Below are positions 10,926 through 23,087 of a stretch of DNA of 64,000 nt, piece after piece; the stretch's first letter is position 1, and each line of letters begins with the position of its first letter. The notes below the pieces were generated by a model. It had not been told where the DNA came from and did no database searches. It saw nothing but the letters and a program-made list of their open reading frames with translations. Source of the stretch: Selaginella moellendorffii. Its lineage: Eukaryota; Plantae; Lycopodiophyta. The stretch is from positions 859,586 through 923,585 of the forward strand of contig NW_003314290.1 of the NCBI RefSeq assembly GCF_000143415.4, in the 5' to 3' direction. The translations under genes and the position numbers were made by a program.

Positions 10926-11389
10926 GATGGCATGTATTTATTTAAAAATGTAACTTATTATGGCATGGGGTTCCATGCCATTGTATTAATATTAAAAGAC
11001 AATTCTTTGAGAGGATTTGCATTATACTAGAAGTGTTACAGCATGTTATTGGAAGTCTACGAAGTTGTTTTATTAATAAGGGGAAAGTAAAGATTGAATG
11101 GGGACTTGGGCTCCACCTAGACTCGGAGCAACTGAGCCAATATTAAAAGGATGGAAAGAAATTAGACGACGATGACAAGGAGAAGAGAGAGGTGAAGCAG
11201 TGGCAGGGGGAGGAGAAGTGATTGAGTAGACATTTCCTTGTTTAAAATAAAATGGCATGTGCCTCAATGCAGTTGAATTTTGTTATATTTATATACTATA
11301 TAAAGGTTTGGAAACCTTATTTTACAAGTGGGATAATGACAATTCCCACTTTAACGAAATAGAGCTTTAAAGCTGTCCATGGCCCCATC

Positions 11390-14300
11390 ATTTGGCTACC
11401 TTACCATTCTTTCCCTTGAAGCTTCCATTTTCACCAAATCGGAGCAATTGGGAATTCATCTTTGGAAACACATTGCCTTTCCCACAATCTGTTAGCACCC
11501 AACACCTTAGTATTCTTATCCTAACTTTGCCATTTGGATTCTTTTCCATGATTCCCATGGCTCTTTTCTTAGCCACTAGTCTTTTGCTCCTATCCTTGAT
11601 TGTTGCACTCAGCAACATAGGATCGCTACCTCCATTCTTGAGGTATCCTTTCAGTTCTATAGCAAAGACTTTACTTTGCCAAATCCAAAGGGTGTTTACC
11701 CTTAGTATGTCTCTTTAGCATCTTCTACTATAGGCTCTATCCACAACCCAACTTTGAGACCCTTCCATGGGTCCCTATAAAAACTACTTTCTTCAGACTC
11801 ACTATGCCATTGCATTAACACAGCTCATGTCCTTTGGGTGTTTTTCCCACTTGGTCACCTTGACCAAGCCACACCATCTTCAATAGTTCAAATTAACACT
11901 TTGAACTAGAAATTTTATTCCTTAACCTCACAAAGATCTTGTTCTTGTTTTAACCATAAAATCACTTAGTGATCAAACTTTGGCACCTTAACAGGTTTGC
12001 CAATAGCTATTAAGCCTTCCAGACCTTTACCATGACCCCGGGGGCATCCCCCACACTTGGCAGTGCACCCAGGCCAACCCTTCCAGCCAAAGGTCCATAG
12101 CAACTGAAACTGAGTGTCCCCATCTCATTCACCACGTCCTTGGTGCCATTTGCACCAAAGTGTTTAAGTTAGATATGCCGAGCTTTCACGCTAAGTAATC
12201 TAATCATGCATCATGACTCTAGGGGCATCCCCCACTTAGCGGTGTGCCCAAACTAGTCTCCTTACTAAGAGTTCATGACCACCAAAAAATGAGTGTCCTC
12301 ATATTTCACTCACCCTAGTGAGTTGGGACTCAAACCCAAGCACTAGAGGGTTGGGACTCGAACCCAACCTTTGTATATGCATCTACGGATGGCATCACAC
12401 AAGATGCCTGGCGTGATTCCCCACGCTGATGCACCAACTTATACTTAAAGCGCGTTACAAATCATAGCTTGGGAACTTAGTTCCTCCACACTACCAAGTC
12501 CTCTCACTTGACAAGTCTATGATCATGCATGGACTCCTTCATGCTTAGCCCCATGGGCCACCCCTTTTGAAGTTAGCACCTTCAACTAGGGGATTTGTTC
12601 CCCTGACTTGCCAATCTTGTTTAGCAAGTCATCCGACTAACGTAACATGGTTTCATGCATAAGCGTGAAAGTCCTAGACCATCAACTTTCATTTAAAGCT
12701 ATCCCTTTAAACACTTGGGAATTACTTCCCCAACCTTGATAGTATTGTCTTATGGCAAGCTTTAAGACTACACTTCTGCTGCGCCACTCTGATTTCACGT
12801 GTTTTATAAACTATTTACACTTGGCTCTCTAAGTACTAAGCTATTTAGAATTATCTTTGGGAACCTTGAAGGAACTCTATCCTTAGCTTGCTAAAGTCTC
12901 TCTTTTCACAAGCTTTATAATTGCTATATGGTCTAACATAGACAATTCCATGCTTTAAACTCTCTATGGCACCATGGTTACTAGTAACAATATGGTCGAG
13001 TGCCCACTTGATTCTCCACTCTCAACTGACATAACCATCCTTGGTTATGCTCTTCGATTCCTATAGTTTGGTTCTATCCCTTTACTACTTGCTTTTGGCC
13101 TCATATATTTCCTTCAGTTATTCACCTCTAAACTAGGAAAATAGATTTGCAGTTTCTACCATGCCTTAGCAAATATTCTTAAGGATGAACTTACCCAATA
13201 CCTTAGAGAGTGGTTCCTCAATTCAGGTATGCTCACTTTATAATCCTACACACCGGGATTATCGTTGCTACTTATGGGCCTCTATATACCCATCACTAGT
13301 CTTGCCGAAATTTTATTTTTGGCTTTGTTCAATTCGTCTTCTCCCGTCTCCGCAACTTTTGACGTTTGGATAACATCTTCTATCCATCATTCACTAGGGA
13401 CTTAGTCCCTTAAGCCTTACTATTGCCCTTGCGACACCAAACATCACCTCTTGGTGTTCTAGAGTGTTTGGGTGTCCTAATGATGGCTTCCTTGACAATG
13501 AGCATTTTCTTTTATAACATTGACTTACTATATCGCAATATAAACAATTTATCCCCCATAAGGGTATATCTAACTTTCTTATGCCATTAAGAAGCCTTGG
13601 GTAGCTATCTTTTACCAGTTTAACCAATTATTTTACACTTCTTGCTTAGTTGCCTCATAGTTGTCAAGTTCTACAACTCATTGCTGGTGCTTCCACACCT
13701 CCATCATTATCTGAGTCACTACACTCTAACCGCATGCCTTCCAGCTCATTCCCATTTCGATCAGGATTCCTTTGGAAAGGGGTTTTCATTACCCCACCAA
13801 CTTGACCTCAAGGCATCATGCCTTGGCATATTCGATGTCTCCACACTATCGGCTCCACGAGCTTACATTTATGACACTTCTTTCTCGTGTTTAGGTCCTT
13901 GCCAAAACCAATATAATTCTTTCTCATGCCAACTATCTGTTAGCACTGCACCATAAAGTTTACACACAACTTTGTGTCAAAGTTGCTTTATTTTGGGAAC
14001 ACCTTTCCCATGACTTTAGTATGGCATATTCTACCATCAATGAAATACCCACGATTCTCATACTTAAATTGTATGATCCTCTCTATCCTTCGTGGGGTAC
14101 AACACACCTCAGTCCAAATACTTCCACCAGTCCTTTAGAACTATTGCTTGACTCCACTCGAGTTATTTAGTTTTTTGGACTTTACTAATGAACGACTTAT
14201 AAGGTCCCTTTTTGAAGTGCCAACTCTTTAGAATACAACTTCTTGTATTCATATCCCACTTATAAAGACCATTTATGCAAGTGTTACTCTAACACTTGAT

Positions 14301-15700
14301 TATTTTTTGTTCCCTGTGGGCTGCCTTTACCCCTTAGGACTATCCATCCATATGATGAGAATATTGACTCATCCTCTGAGCACACCTCCTTGGGTTTAAT
14401 CCAGCATTTATAAAAGGTAGTCCCGGCTACCATTTCAAGGACTTGTGTCCTCGTCTGTATTTAACCTCTCACGGTCATTAATTTTGGAGTCTCTATCTTT
14501 CCTGTGATCTTAAATATAATTGTTTACCACAACCACATTAGCCAGCTTGTCAAGTCAAATGCTCATTTAGATCACATCCTCAACTCTCTAAGGAAACCTT
14601 ATACTATTCCCAAGATCCCAAAGTCGTTCTCTCACTGGCCCCTTTTCTATTCACCATATTGTGCACAAGTTCACACATGAACTTGAGTGGAGAGCCATGT
14701 CCTCTCAATATACTACTCCTCGAGGATAAGTCCATACCTAGGACCTTCTAATTCTAATACAAGTAATGATATACTTGGTCATCAATAAAAGTCGGACTAA
14801 GGAACAGCTCTGATACCAAATTGTAAGTGACTAATTTTTCATTCTACTTTAGTCATGTAACCACACATCCAACCACTTGGAGGAATCTCTCTCACAACCT
14901 CCATAAGTTATATTCCGGACTTAGGGCTTGCTATCCCTGAGAATGGCATCCATACCCCTCAACTTTTGCACTTGGTCCACGTGCTCCACGTGTCCAATCC
15001 TATGATTTACACCCCAAGGTACCACCGACATATTAGCCCATTATGCTGAGGCCATGCCCCTTCACCTTGGTCACACCGGTGGTCTAACACCACCTGCATC
15101 ACAGTCCCATCTCTCAAAGACTGATCCATGAGTGATCATCCTAGATCCACTCCTTATCATCCTTAGGATGCTTGTAGATATGAGGAATAGCCTTTCCCAA
15201 CATCCCTTTTCTGGTCCCCACCAAGTCCCTTTCTGTCTATGGTCGTGTTCGCCAACATTGCCACTGGATCAAGGCCCACAGGCCCGACCACTAAGTCCCA
15301 CAGTTCTTTGGGAATTCCTCACCACACGACTATATCCTTGGTTACTACACTAGAGGATTGCTCCTCTTCCTTTCCATAGTCTTGGCCTTTGGGACAACAT
15401 TTCGAAACCCTGTGGCCCTACGCAAACTTCAAGGGTACTCTCCCTGCCTTCCGCCTTTGGGTGCTTTAGCCATGGGCTTAGAGCGAGGTTCCGTGGAGCC
15501 ATGCCAGGTATCGAAGTAGGTAGTGCCACCTATGCTTGGACTGGGAGCATCGACCATTCGATCTCTCGGGGGAATTAGAGCTAGCTTTTAACCATTTCAC
15601 CAAGCTACCCCATTTGTCAGTTCGTATTCACTCTAGTCTTGGACTTTCCAATGGTCAACTCATCACCCAACACTTGGGTACAGCCTTGTTGGACCAAACT
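11390..15700 (-). mobile_element. Decayed LTR retrotransposon(s): 5' LTR, PBS and gag-like remnant
   Basis: gctctgatacca at 14807-14818 is the reverse complement of TGGTATCAGAGC (tRNA-iMet PBS) and abuts an LTR end at 14822 (TGTAAG). A degenerate Zn-knuckle-like RCW...CGKG lies near 11480-11510. Many stops; boundaries approximate. Confidence 0.6.
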
Positions 15701-15780
15701 GATTTTTTCTAGCCAAGTTGGTTCAACTAGGCTCCAACCCCCACACTCTCCCTACTATACTTTTGGAACCCTCTACAGTT

Positions 15781-16780
15781 CCCCCCCCCCCCCCCCCCCC
15801 CCGGGGGACAATCGCTTTGGGCTTTCACCCAACTATACTCGGACTCGGACTCGGACTCGAACTCGGATTCGGACTTGGACTCGGTCTTAGTCTCGGTCTT
15901 AGTCCCATCTTGGACTCCATCTTGAACTCCATCTCGGGTCCATCTCGGACTCCATCTCGGACTCCATCTGGGGTCCATCTCAAATTTTGTCTCGGACTCC
16001 ATCTTAGACTCTATCTCGGGTCCATCTTGGACTCCATCTCGGGTCCATCTCGGACTCCATCTCGAACTCCATCTCGGGTCCATCTCGGGTCCATCTCATG
16101 TCCATTTCGGACTCCATTTTAGACTCCATCTCGGGTCCATCTCGGGTCCATCTCATGTCCATCTTGGACTCCATTTTAGACTCCATCTCAGGTCAATCTC
16201 GAACTCCATCTCAGGTCCATCTCGGGGACGATCGCTTTGGGCTTTCACCCAACTGTCTATATTAGTATTCAGACTTGGACTCAGACTCGGACTTAGACTC
16301 GAACTCAGACTTGGACTCAGTCTTGGTCTCGGTCTTGGTCTCGGTCTCAATCTCAGTCTCAATCTTGGTCCCATCTCGGGTCCATCTTGGACTCCATCTT
16401 GGACTCCATCTCGGGTCCATCTCGGGTCCATCTCGGACTCCATCTCGGGTCCATTTTGGATTCTGTCTCGGACTCCATCTCAGACTCCATCTTGGGTCCA
16501 TCTCGGACTCCATCTCGGGTCCATCTCGGGTCCATCTCGGACTCCATCTCGGGTCCATCTCGGGTCCATCTCGGACTCCATCTCGGGTCCATCTCAGACT
16601 CCATCTTGGGTCCATCTCGGGTCCATCTCGGGTCCATCTCGGACTCCATCTCGGACTCCATCTCAGGTATATCTCGGGTCCATCTTGGGTCCATCTCTAA
16701 CTCCATCTCAGACTCCATTTGGGGTCTATCTTGGGTCCATCTCAAACTCCATCTTGGGTCCATCTCAGACTCCATCTCGT
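15781..16780. repeat. Composite minisatellite: C22 tract, then two blocks of header + (ACTCGG)n + mixed 11/12-mer array
   Basis: Header ggggacratcgctttgggctttcacccaact at about 15804 and 16224; units GGACTCCATCTC and GGGTCCATCTC. Confidence 0.95.
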
Positions 16781-19700
16781 GTCATGTGTTGGTCCTTTAG
16801 TGTTCCTTTTCTAGAGACTCACTTATTGCTTGCTTTGTACTTGTTCCTCGAGCACTTTGTTGGGAGTTCCACTCCCGCTTTCGACTTCTCAAGTCGGAGC
16901 TTTTGGTCCAGACGTATTATGCTTGTTTGGCCTTTGCTTCAGCCACTACCACATGGCATGCTTTTAGCTCCACTTTGGGGCTTAGGGATTTGTGTCTCAC
17001 ATAGTGAAGGTGTTTAGCAAACACAGTAAGCTATCATTTAGTGAATATTGAAGGACAAATCTCAATATTATGGGGGTTCTTGATATTAACAAGTGCAAGC
17101 CAATGACACGAGTTTCTTAAATTAGGTTGAGTATGCTCAATAAAAAACACATAAGGTCCTACCTTATGTTTATCCGATTTAGGTGTAAGGTCATTAACTA
17201 GTTTCTTAACTAGCTCAAGTGGGAACAATAAAGGGAACTAATTGTATTGACCTCCTGCCGTCATGGCAATAAAGAGAGAGTGTCCATAAAGACTAGCTGA
17301 CAAGTATCTTTCAATACCTAAAGTCACATTCACGACAATGGAATAAGTTAAAGGTTTCCCTAGAGAGAAACCCCTACATATAAAGTAAAGATTTGGCTAC
17401 ACAAAGGTGGTGGGCTTGTAGTTTTATCAATGGAGTTTGCCATTTACAATAGTCTGCCAAGGCTTCTAGTGCAAAGATAAATGCAATAAGCAAATAAATC
17501 AAGGAGGACAATGTAGAGGACAATGGTTATATGATTGTTGAAGAATATTTGGATGAAAATATAAGCAATTAAAGAGAATAATCAAATTCAAAAACTTATA
17601 TTTGGTATTAGAAATGTCTTGGGTCCAATTCTATCAATTAGCTAAAGGAATCACACTATAACATTTAGCAGTCTAGCTTAGTCTATTTAGGCTATATCTG
17701 AGGGTAAAGTGTCAGAAAAGTGGGGCTCTTAAGAAAGTTATGACTTTCAACTTCCATTCATAGGGTGTGAATTTGCAAGTGTGATAGTAAAAAGAATAAT
17801 TTAAAAACTGTTCATAAAGGTTCAATATAGAGGGAAATGACTCATAAATAAGAGTGCACCTCTTTTTTGAATCTGTTAAAGGTCATAGGGTTTAGCGCTA
17901 TTGGGTTTAAGTAGTCCTAGGAAGTCCAAATTTAAACTTTTAAACCCAAGAAACTAAAAATTTAAGAACTATAGTTTATATTTAAATTGTATGTTTCTAC
18001 CCAAACTCATAGGAGTCTATAGTTAAGAGGACTCTTAAGAATATAGATGACTTGTTGCTCCATATATTCTTTGGTTGGGTAGAATGTAGGGAATGCTATT
18101 TTGTCATCCATATCTCAAGAAGTGGGGATAAATTCATGAATCTTTGCTTTCCTTATTATATACGATCCAGATTGGTTCCTCTAATCTAAATTTTGAAAAA
18201 TCACATATGTAATTAGAAAAGTTTATAAGCCACTTGGAATTAAACTTTGAAGGAAGCAATATGAGAAAGATATCTACCAAGTGAAATTGAGTACCTTATA
18301 TGATGTCCCTAATCCATTCCCACTGCTCCCCCACAAAATCTAGATCAAAGCACAAGCACCTAAGGATGTCAATTATGGTGATCACTATATAGACTTGGAA
18401 TACTCAGAAGCAATGCATTAAGCACCCCTATAGCATGCCACTCTAGTGTGGCCATTGTCATACCTCTATCACCATTGAGTGCCTAAAGCTTTCCTTAAGT
18501 GCATCCATTGCTATGATCAGCTTGTCAAATAGCTCATAGTACACCATTACAGCCATATAACTCTTAATTGCATCCTCAAAGTGGTTATTTGAAATGTTTT
18601 CTAGCTGTGTCTTCAAAAAGAAGTTGAAGTACATAATGGGATCATTGTTGTTGAGAATGTAATTCAAAGTAGCTTGCCAAGCATCCAGCTTCTCCTCATA
18701 TACCACAGGAACAAATTCATTGCCTCTAAATCTTTAGGTCTAATTCATAAATATCATGTATTTGCTCATTTTTCTGTATTTACTAAAGAGTATATTGACC
18801 ACTATTGGCTTAACCCTTTGTTAATAGGATTTGAATTCAAGACTTATTATGCAGATGGATGGGCATTTATGAACCCATACTTAATTTTTGTAATAGCTTG
18901 GGATTTGACTAAATTAAAACCTTTATAAAAGTAGTGTTTTGAACTTTGTACTCAAAATGTTCAACATAACCCTTTTTTCTTCTCCATTTTCTAAATATTT
19001 TATTAGTAGTCTTGTCATCTCCTTTTCTTTAGCTCTACTCAGATCTTAATACTCTACAGAAGTTATATGAAATGTTGAAGCAATATAATATAGTGTTTCA
19101 TTTGTATCTCTAGTAAATTATTCAACACTATTAGTGGCTTATTAGCAAGCGATTGCCTCTTCATGGCCGCAAAGAGCTCCATCACCTCTCTTTCCCGGCC
19201 ATTGTCGCCATAGGCCGTTTTAAAGCTAAAGATTGGTATGCTAGTAAAGTTTGATAGAATGTAGTCCAAATTCCATGGCTTCCTCAACCAAGTTAAACTT
19301 TGAATTGCCATACAACTTAATTGATATTCTACTCTACCTTTTTATATGGGTCTATCAAAACTTTTCTTATTGGGATGCCTTTGTTAAAGTTCTTCACCCT
19401 CTTTGAGAAAAGTGATCATGTTCTTTAAAATTTCAATCTCTTTGTTGAGCACTTCACTAGCATGTTTAGCAATATTGATCAAGAGTACACTACTATCAAT
19501 AAATTGCAGCAATTGTCCAAGACTTTAAGTCTACATCCAACTATGGATTAAAGTTCCAAATGGTCACCATTAATATTTCATGAGACATTGTAACCCTCAA
19601 AGAACATTTTCCCTATAATCTTCGTAACAATGTCAAAGATTTTATATTTTTTTCATTCAAATCCAACATCTCTCACAATTGTTTTTAATCTTATCATTTG

Positions 19701-20599
19701 TTGTGATAATCAATTGCAAGAATGATGATTAGAGTGTTGTTATCAAACTTTTGTTCCTCATCTAACAACCTCAGTCCTAAAGAAATTAATATATGAGCAA
19801 GGCATAATTCTAATAGAGCTTATAACCATATGTCGATAGTGTTTTTCCAAAGTTTTCAATATATGATAATATCAGATCAAGAGCCACCTTTGTATATATG
19901 ATAGTAATGTATATCAATTTTGGGAGCAATATCTTTATATTTGTGCTTGTCCTGGCTTCTATAGTGATATAGCATTTGTGGTTCTAAAAAACAAAAACAT
20001 CTAGTCCAATTAAGGGCTATTTAATCAGATAAGTCATCTCCTCTTCCTCATTTTAGTTTCATTTCTTTTTACGAATCCCCAAATTTTCTATTAGCACCAT
20101 TGTTGCTTGAAACTTGAAAAGTTAAACTTAATGAATTGAAAGTGAACAATGATATGGAATGCAAACTTCATTAACTTAGAGTTTTTACTTTCTCATAGCA
20201 ATCTTTTTCAACTAACACAACGTCCAACTTATGTTGAAGTGATGGACGGTTAACAAATCTCCTCTTCACTCATCATACATGAGACTAAATTGTGGAATTG
20301 ATTGTATTTAGAATTTATTATAGCATTTCTTTCAATGTTGTTTTCATCTTGAAACATTCATCATTCTTATATTCTGTAGTTTGAGTTAGTGAATCTATCC
20401 AATGGATTAGAAGTAGTGTAATATTAATTAAACAATTCTCACCTTCTTCAAGTCCTTTTTTTTTTCTTCTCAAATCCAAATTTCTATGTTTTCATGAGTC
20501 TTAATATGCCAGTTGTTAAGATTTTGGTTCTGTCTTCACAATTGTTATTCTTTCAATGTCAACTTCATGTATTGGAATTAAATTCATTATTCCCTCCAA

Positions 20600-20990
20600 G
20601 GATGCTAATTTCAAGGATGTTTTCAATAAAAGGAGAGCTGACATTTTACATCACATTAACTTTATAATTGTCCCATCAATCTTGTGGAGGGGAAATCACC
20701 ACTATTTAGTTCTATTTACAATATTTCATTAATGAAGTTGAAGGCATCATATAGATATATTAAAAAAAATCTTTCTAAATGTTTTATTCAACATTCTTAA
20801 TCTCCACCTAGTTCATTTATCTTCTGTGTATCCAAGAAAGATAAATCTCTTTGTTTGGTGATTGACTATTATAACCTAAACAAATCCATTTTCACTGATC
20901 CTTGAGAGATATTATAGTGGTTCTCCAAAGCTTGGTTCTTCACCATGATTAATTAATGTGGCACTTATAACCTGATTCACATTTGACTCA
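20600..20990 (+). mobile_element. Decayed Ty3/gypsy reverse transcriptase fragment (chromovirus-like)
   Basis: Translates across stops and frameshifts to FKDVFNKRRADIL...CPINLVEGKSPLFSSIYN...YIKKNLSKCFIQHS*SP...FCVSKKDKSLCLVIDYYNLNK...TYNLIHI. Confidence 0.75.
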
Positions 20991-21918
20991 AGAAGAACAT
21001 AACCATCATATTTATCTTGTATTCTAACATATTTGAAAATACAAAGAAATGTTATTTAATCAAGATTTAGTGAAGTTTTTAAGATATATTGCTTTTTCAT
21101 AATACATCATTATAAATTCTACTAAAGTTTCCACTATTCTTGAGTAGTAGTGCCTAACTTTTATTTATGATATCCAATGTTTTTTTTCTTTACAAAATTT
21201 TATTAATTTTCATTTAAGACTTATTTGAAATCACTCTTTCTACCATAATTTATACCCTTTTCTATGTTTTTTTATTGCCTAAACTTTTTTTTATCTCCTA
21301 AAATCTATATTCACTTCCATTCTAATTCTCATCTATCTAGACAACATAAAACTACATTTCATTAAAATAAATGCTTTAAATTTTCCTTTAGATATTGTTT
21401 TATCACAAGAGGAACCAAGTAATGAGTTTCATCTAATTTTTTTTCACACTTAAAAATACACACATGTAAAGATCATTTATGACATCTTCAATAAAAAAAT
21501 TGCTTACAATTGTGAACCCTTTTGAAATTTAGTGTTATTTCTTTAAAGATTTTTAGTTAAAATTCACACAACGGCAACACCTACATGTAGTGGTTTGCCT
21601 TTAAAGATATAAATACTTGCTTTTGTTTTATATCTAAAATTACTATATTTATTTATTGTTTTTGGATATGTTTTTGTGGTCATAGAGGCTATTGACTTTG
21701 GTAAGTACAATACATAACCATACTAAATCAACAACCAATCCTTATGCTCTTGATATAAATAACAAAGAAACTAGTTTAGTCTACAACATTGGTAAGGGAT
21801 ATAACATTTAGAGCTTTTGTCCCTTAACCTCTCACCACAACACTTTTACTATTCCAAAATCATGGCTCTTCATATTTAATAGCTCCATCACCTTTATTGC
21901 TAAACTCTAAAACATATA

Positions 21919-22018
21919 NNNNNNNNNNNNNNNNNNNNNNNNNNNNNNNNNNNNNNNNNNNNNNNNNNNNNNNNNNNNNNNNNNNNNNNNNNNNNNNNNN
22001 NNNNNNNNNNNNNNNNNN
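21919..22018. other. Assembly gap (100 N)
   Basis: Run of N. Confidence 0.99.
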
Positions 22019-23087
22019 GTGTGCTGAAGGTGGAGGGAAATCAACACATAAATTTTAAACCTAATAGTTACCATTAATTCAAGTGGCCCACTAGATTAAA
22101 AGAACATTCTCTAGATACTACAAAGTGATACTAACATTTTAGTTTTAAACATATATGACAAGAAATCCATTACATATTATTTAAAGTAAAGCTTCCAAAA
22201 GTCTACATTATAATTTAAAATAATTTCTATAATTAGAAGAAAACCAAGTGTTACTATTATGTAGTAAAAAAAATTTAATATTTAGTTTAATAGTAATATT
22301 TTAATTATAGTAATCTGGAATTTAAACCTATATTTTAAGGCATAATTCATTTTCATTAATAATTTTGCATAAAATAATTTAGTTTATATGAATTTAGATA
22401 GCTAAATCATTATTTAAGCAAAATATTTTATAGTGTGATAATAATTTAAACTTAGATTGAGTATTTTATGTGCACTATTCTAAATATATAAAAATCCCAA
22501 AAACATTTGGTTTTGCTATGGTATGTGAATTTTTTATTTTTATATTAATATTTAAAAAAATTTAAAATAAAGAGTATTAATAAATATTTATATAAAAAAA
22601 TTATGTCTAATTAAAGCAAGTTATTAGTTAAAAGTAATAATTTATTTTTATTATGGTTATATATATTATATTCTTAAATAATCCTCATTTCAGGATACCA
22701 ACTCTCCCATTATTAAAAAAAATTACTTTATTCGAGAGTATTACCTACTATGCCCATCATCCTATTTTGTTATCCTTTTATTCGTTCTTTGATCCACCAA
22801 TGCACTGGTATAATTTATAATTTCATTTTTAAGTGGAGTATTTAGCATTTAATTTGGAAACAAAATTATAAGTTTTATATATTTAATTTTGATTTGAATC
22901 AAAATAATTTCTACTATTCCTTTCATAAATATGATGGGATTTTAATTGAATTAGATTATTTAAAAATTAATGTAAAATTTAAAAGAAAAACATCATCAAA
23001 TAGTAGATGAAGTTTAGGAAATTTCATATCAAATATCATTCAAAATGTTAAAACAAATTAATTAAATAATTAAAATAAAATTATAAT

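Larger units (their letters stand above)
646..11273. repeat. Dispersed 22-bp imperfect palindrome ATGGCRTG-N6-CAYGCCAT, about 22 copies
   Basis: Copies start at about 646, 703, 2549, 2619, 2717, 3329, 3404, 4261, 4340, 4499, 4628, 5384, 5461, 5521, 6798, 8269, 8410, 8601, 9815, 9890, 10960 and 11252. Confidence 0.92.
1..11380. mobile_element. Large DNA-transposon-like element (Sola1-like transposase plus divergent cargo gene); left end outside window, right end approximate
   Basis: Transposase on minus strand (1-2466), divergent cargo gene (about 4977-10925) and about 22 copies of one palindromic motif confined to 646-11273. Decayed retrotransposon sequence resumes at about 11390. No TIR pair or TSD can be verified in this window. 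Confidence 0.7.

Noticed and set aside
646-11273. Palindromic repeats as a CRISPR array
   Set aside because: Spacing is irregular (tens of bases to over 1 kb), copies sit in introns and exons, there are no cas genes and the context is eukaryotic.
12321-12370. Duplicated gttgggactcraaccc resembling a reversed tRNA B-box
   Set aside because: No cloverleaf; it lies within decayed retroelement sequence.
15639-16800. Multiple ORFs (MDPRWSPRWTRD..., SISGPSRVHLG...)
   Set aside because: They are translations of the minisatellite in several frames.
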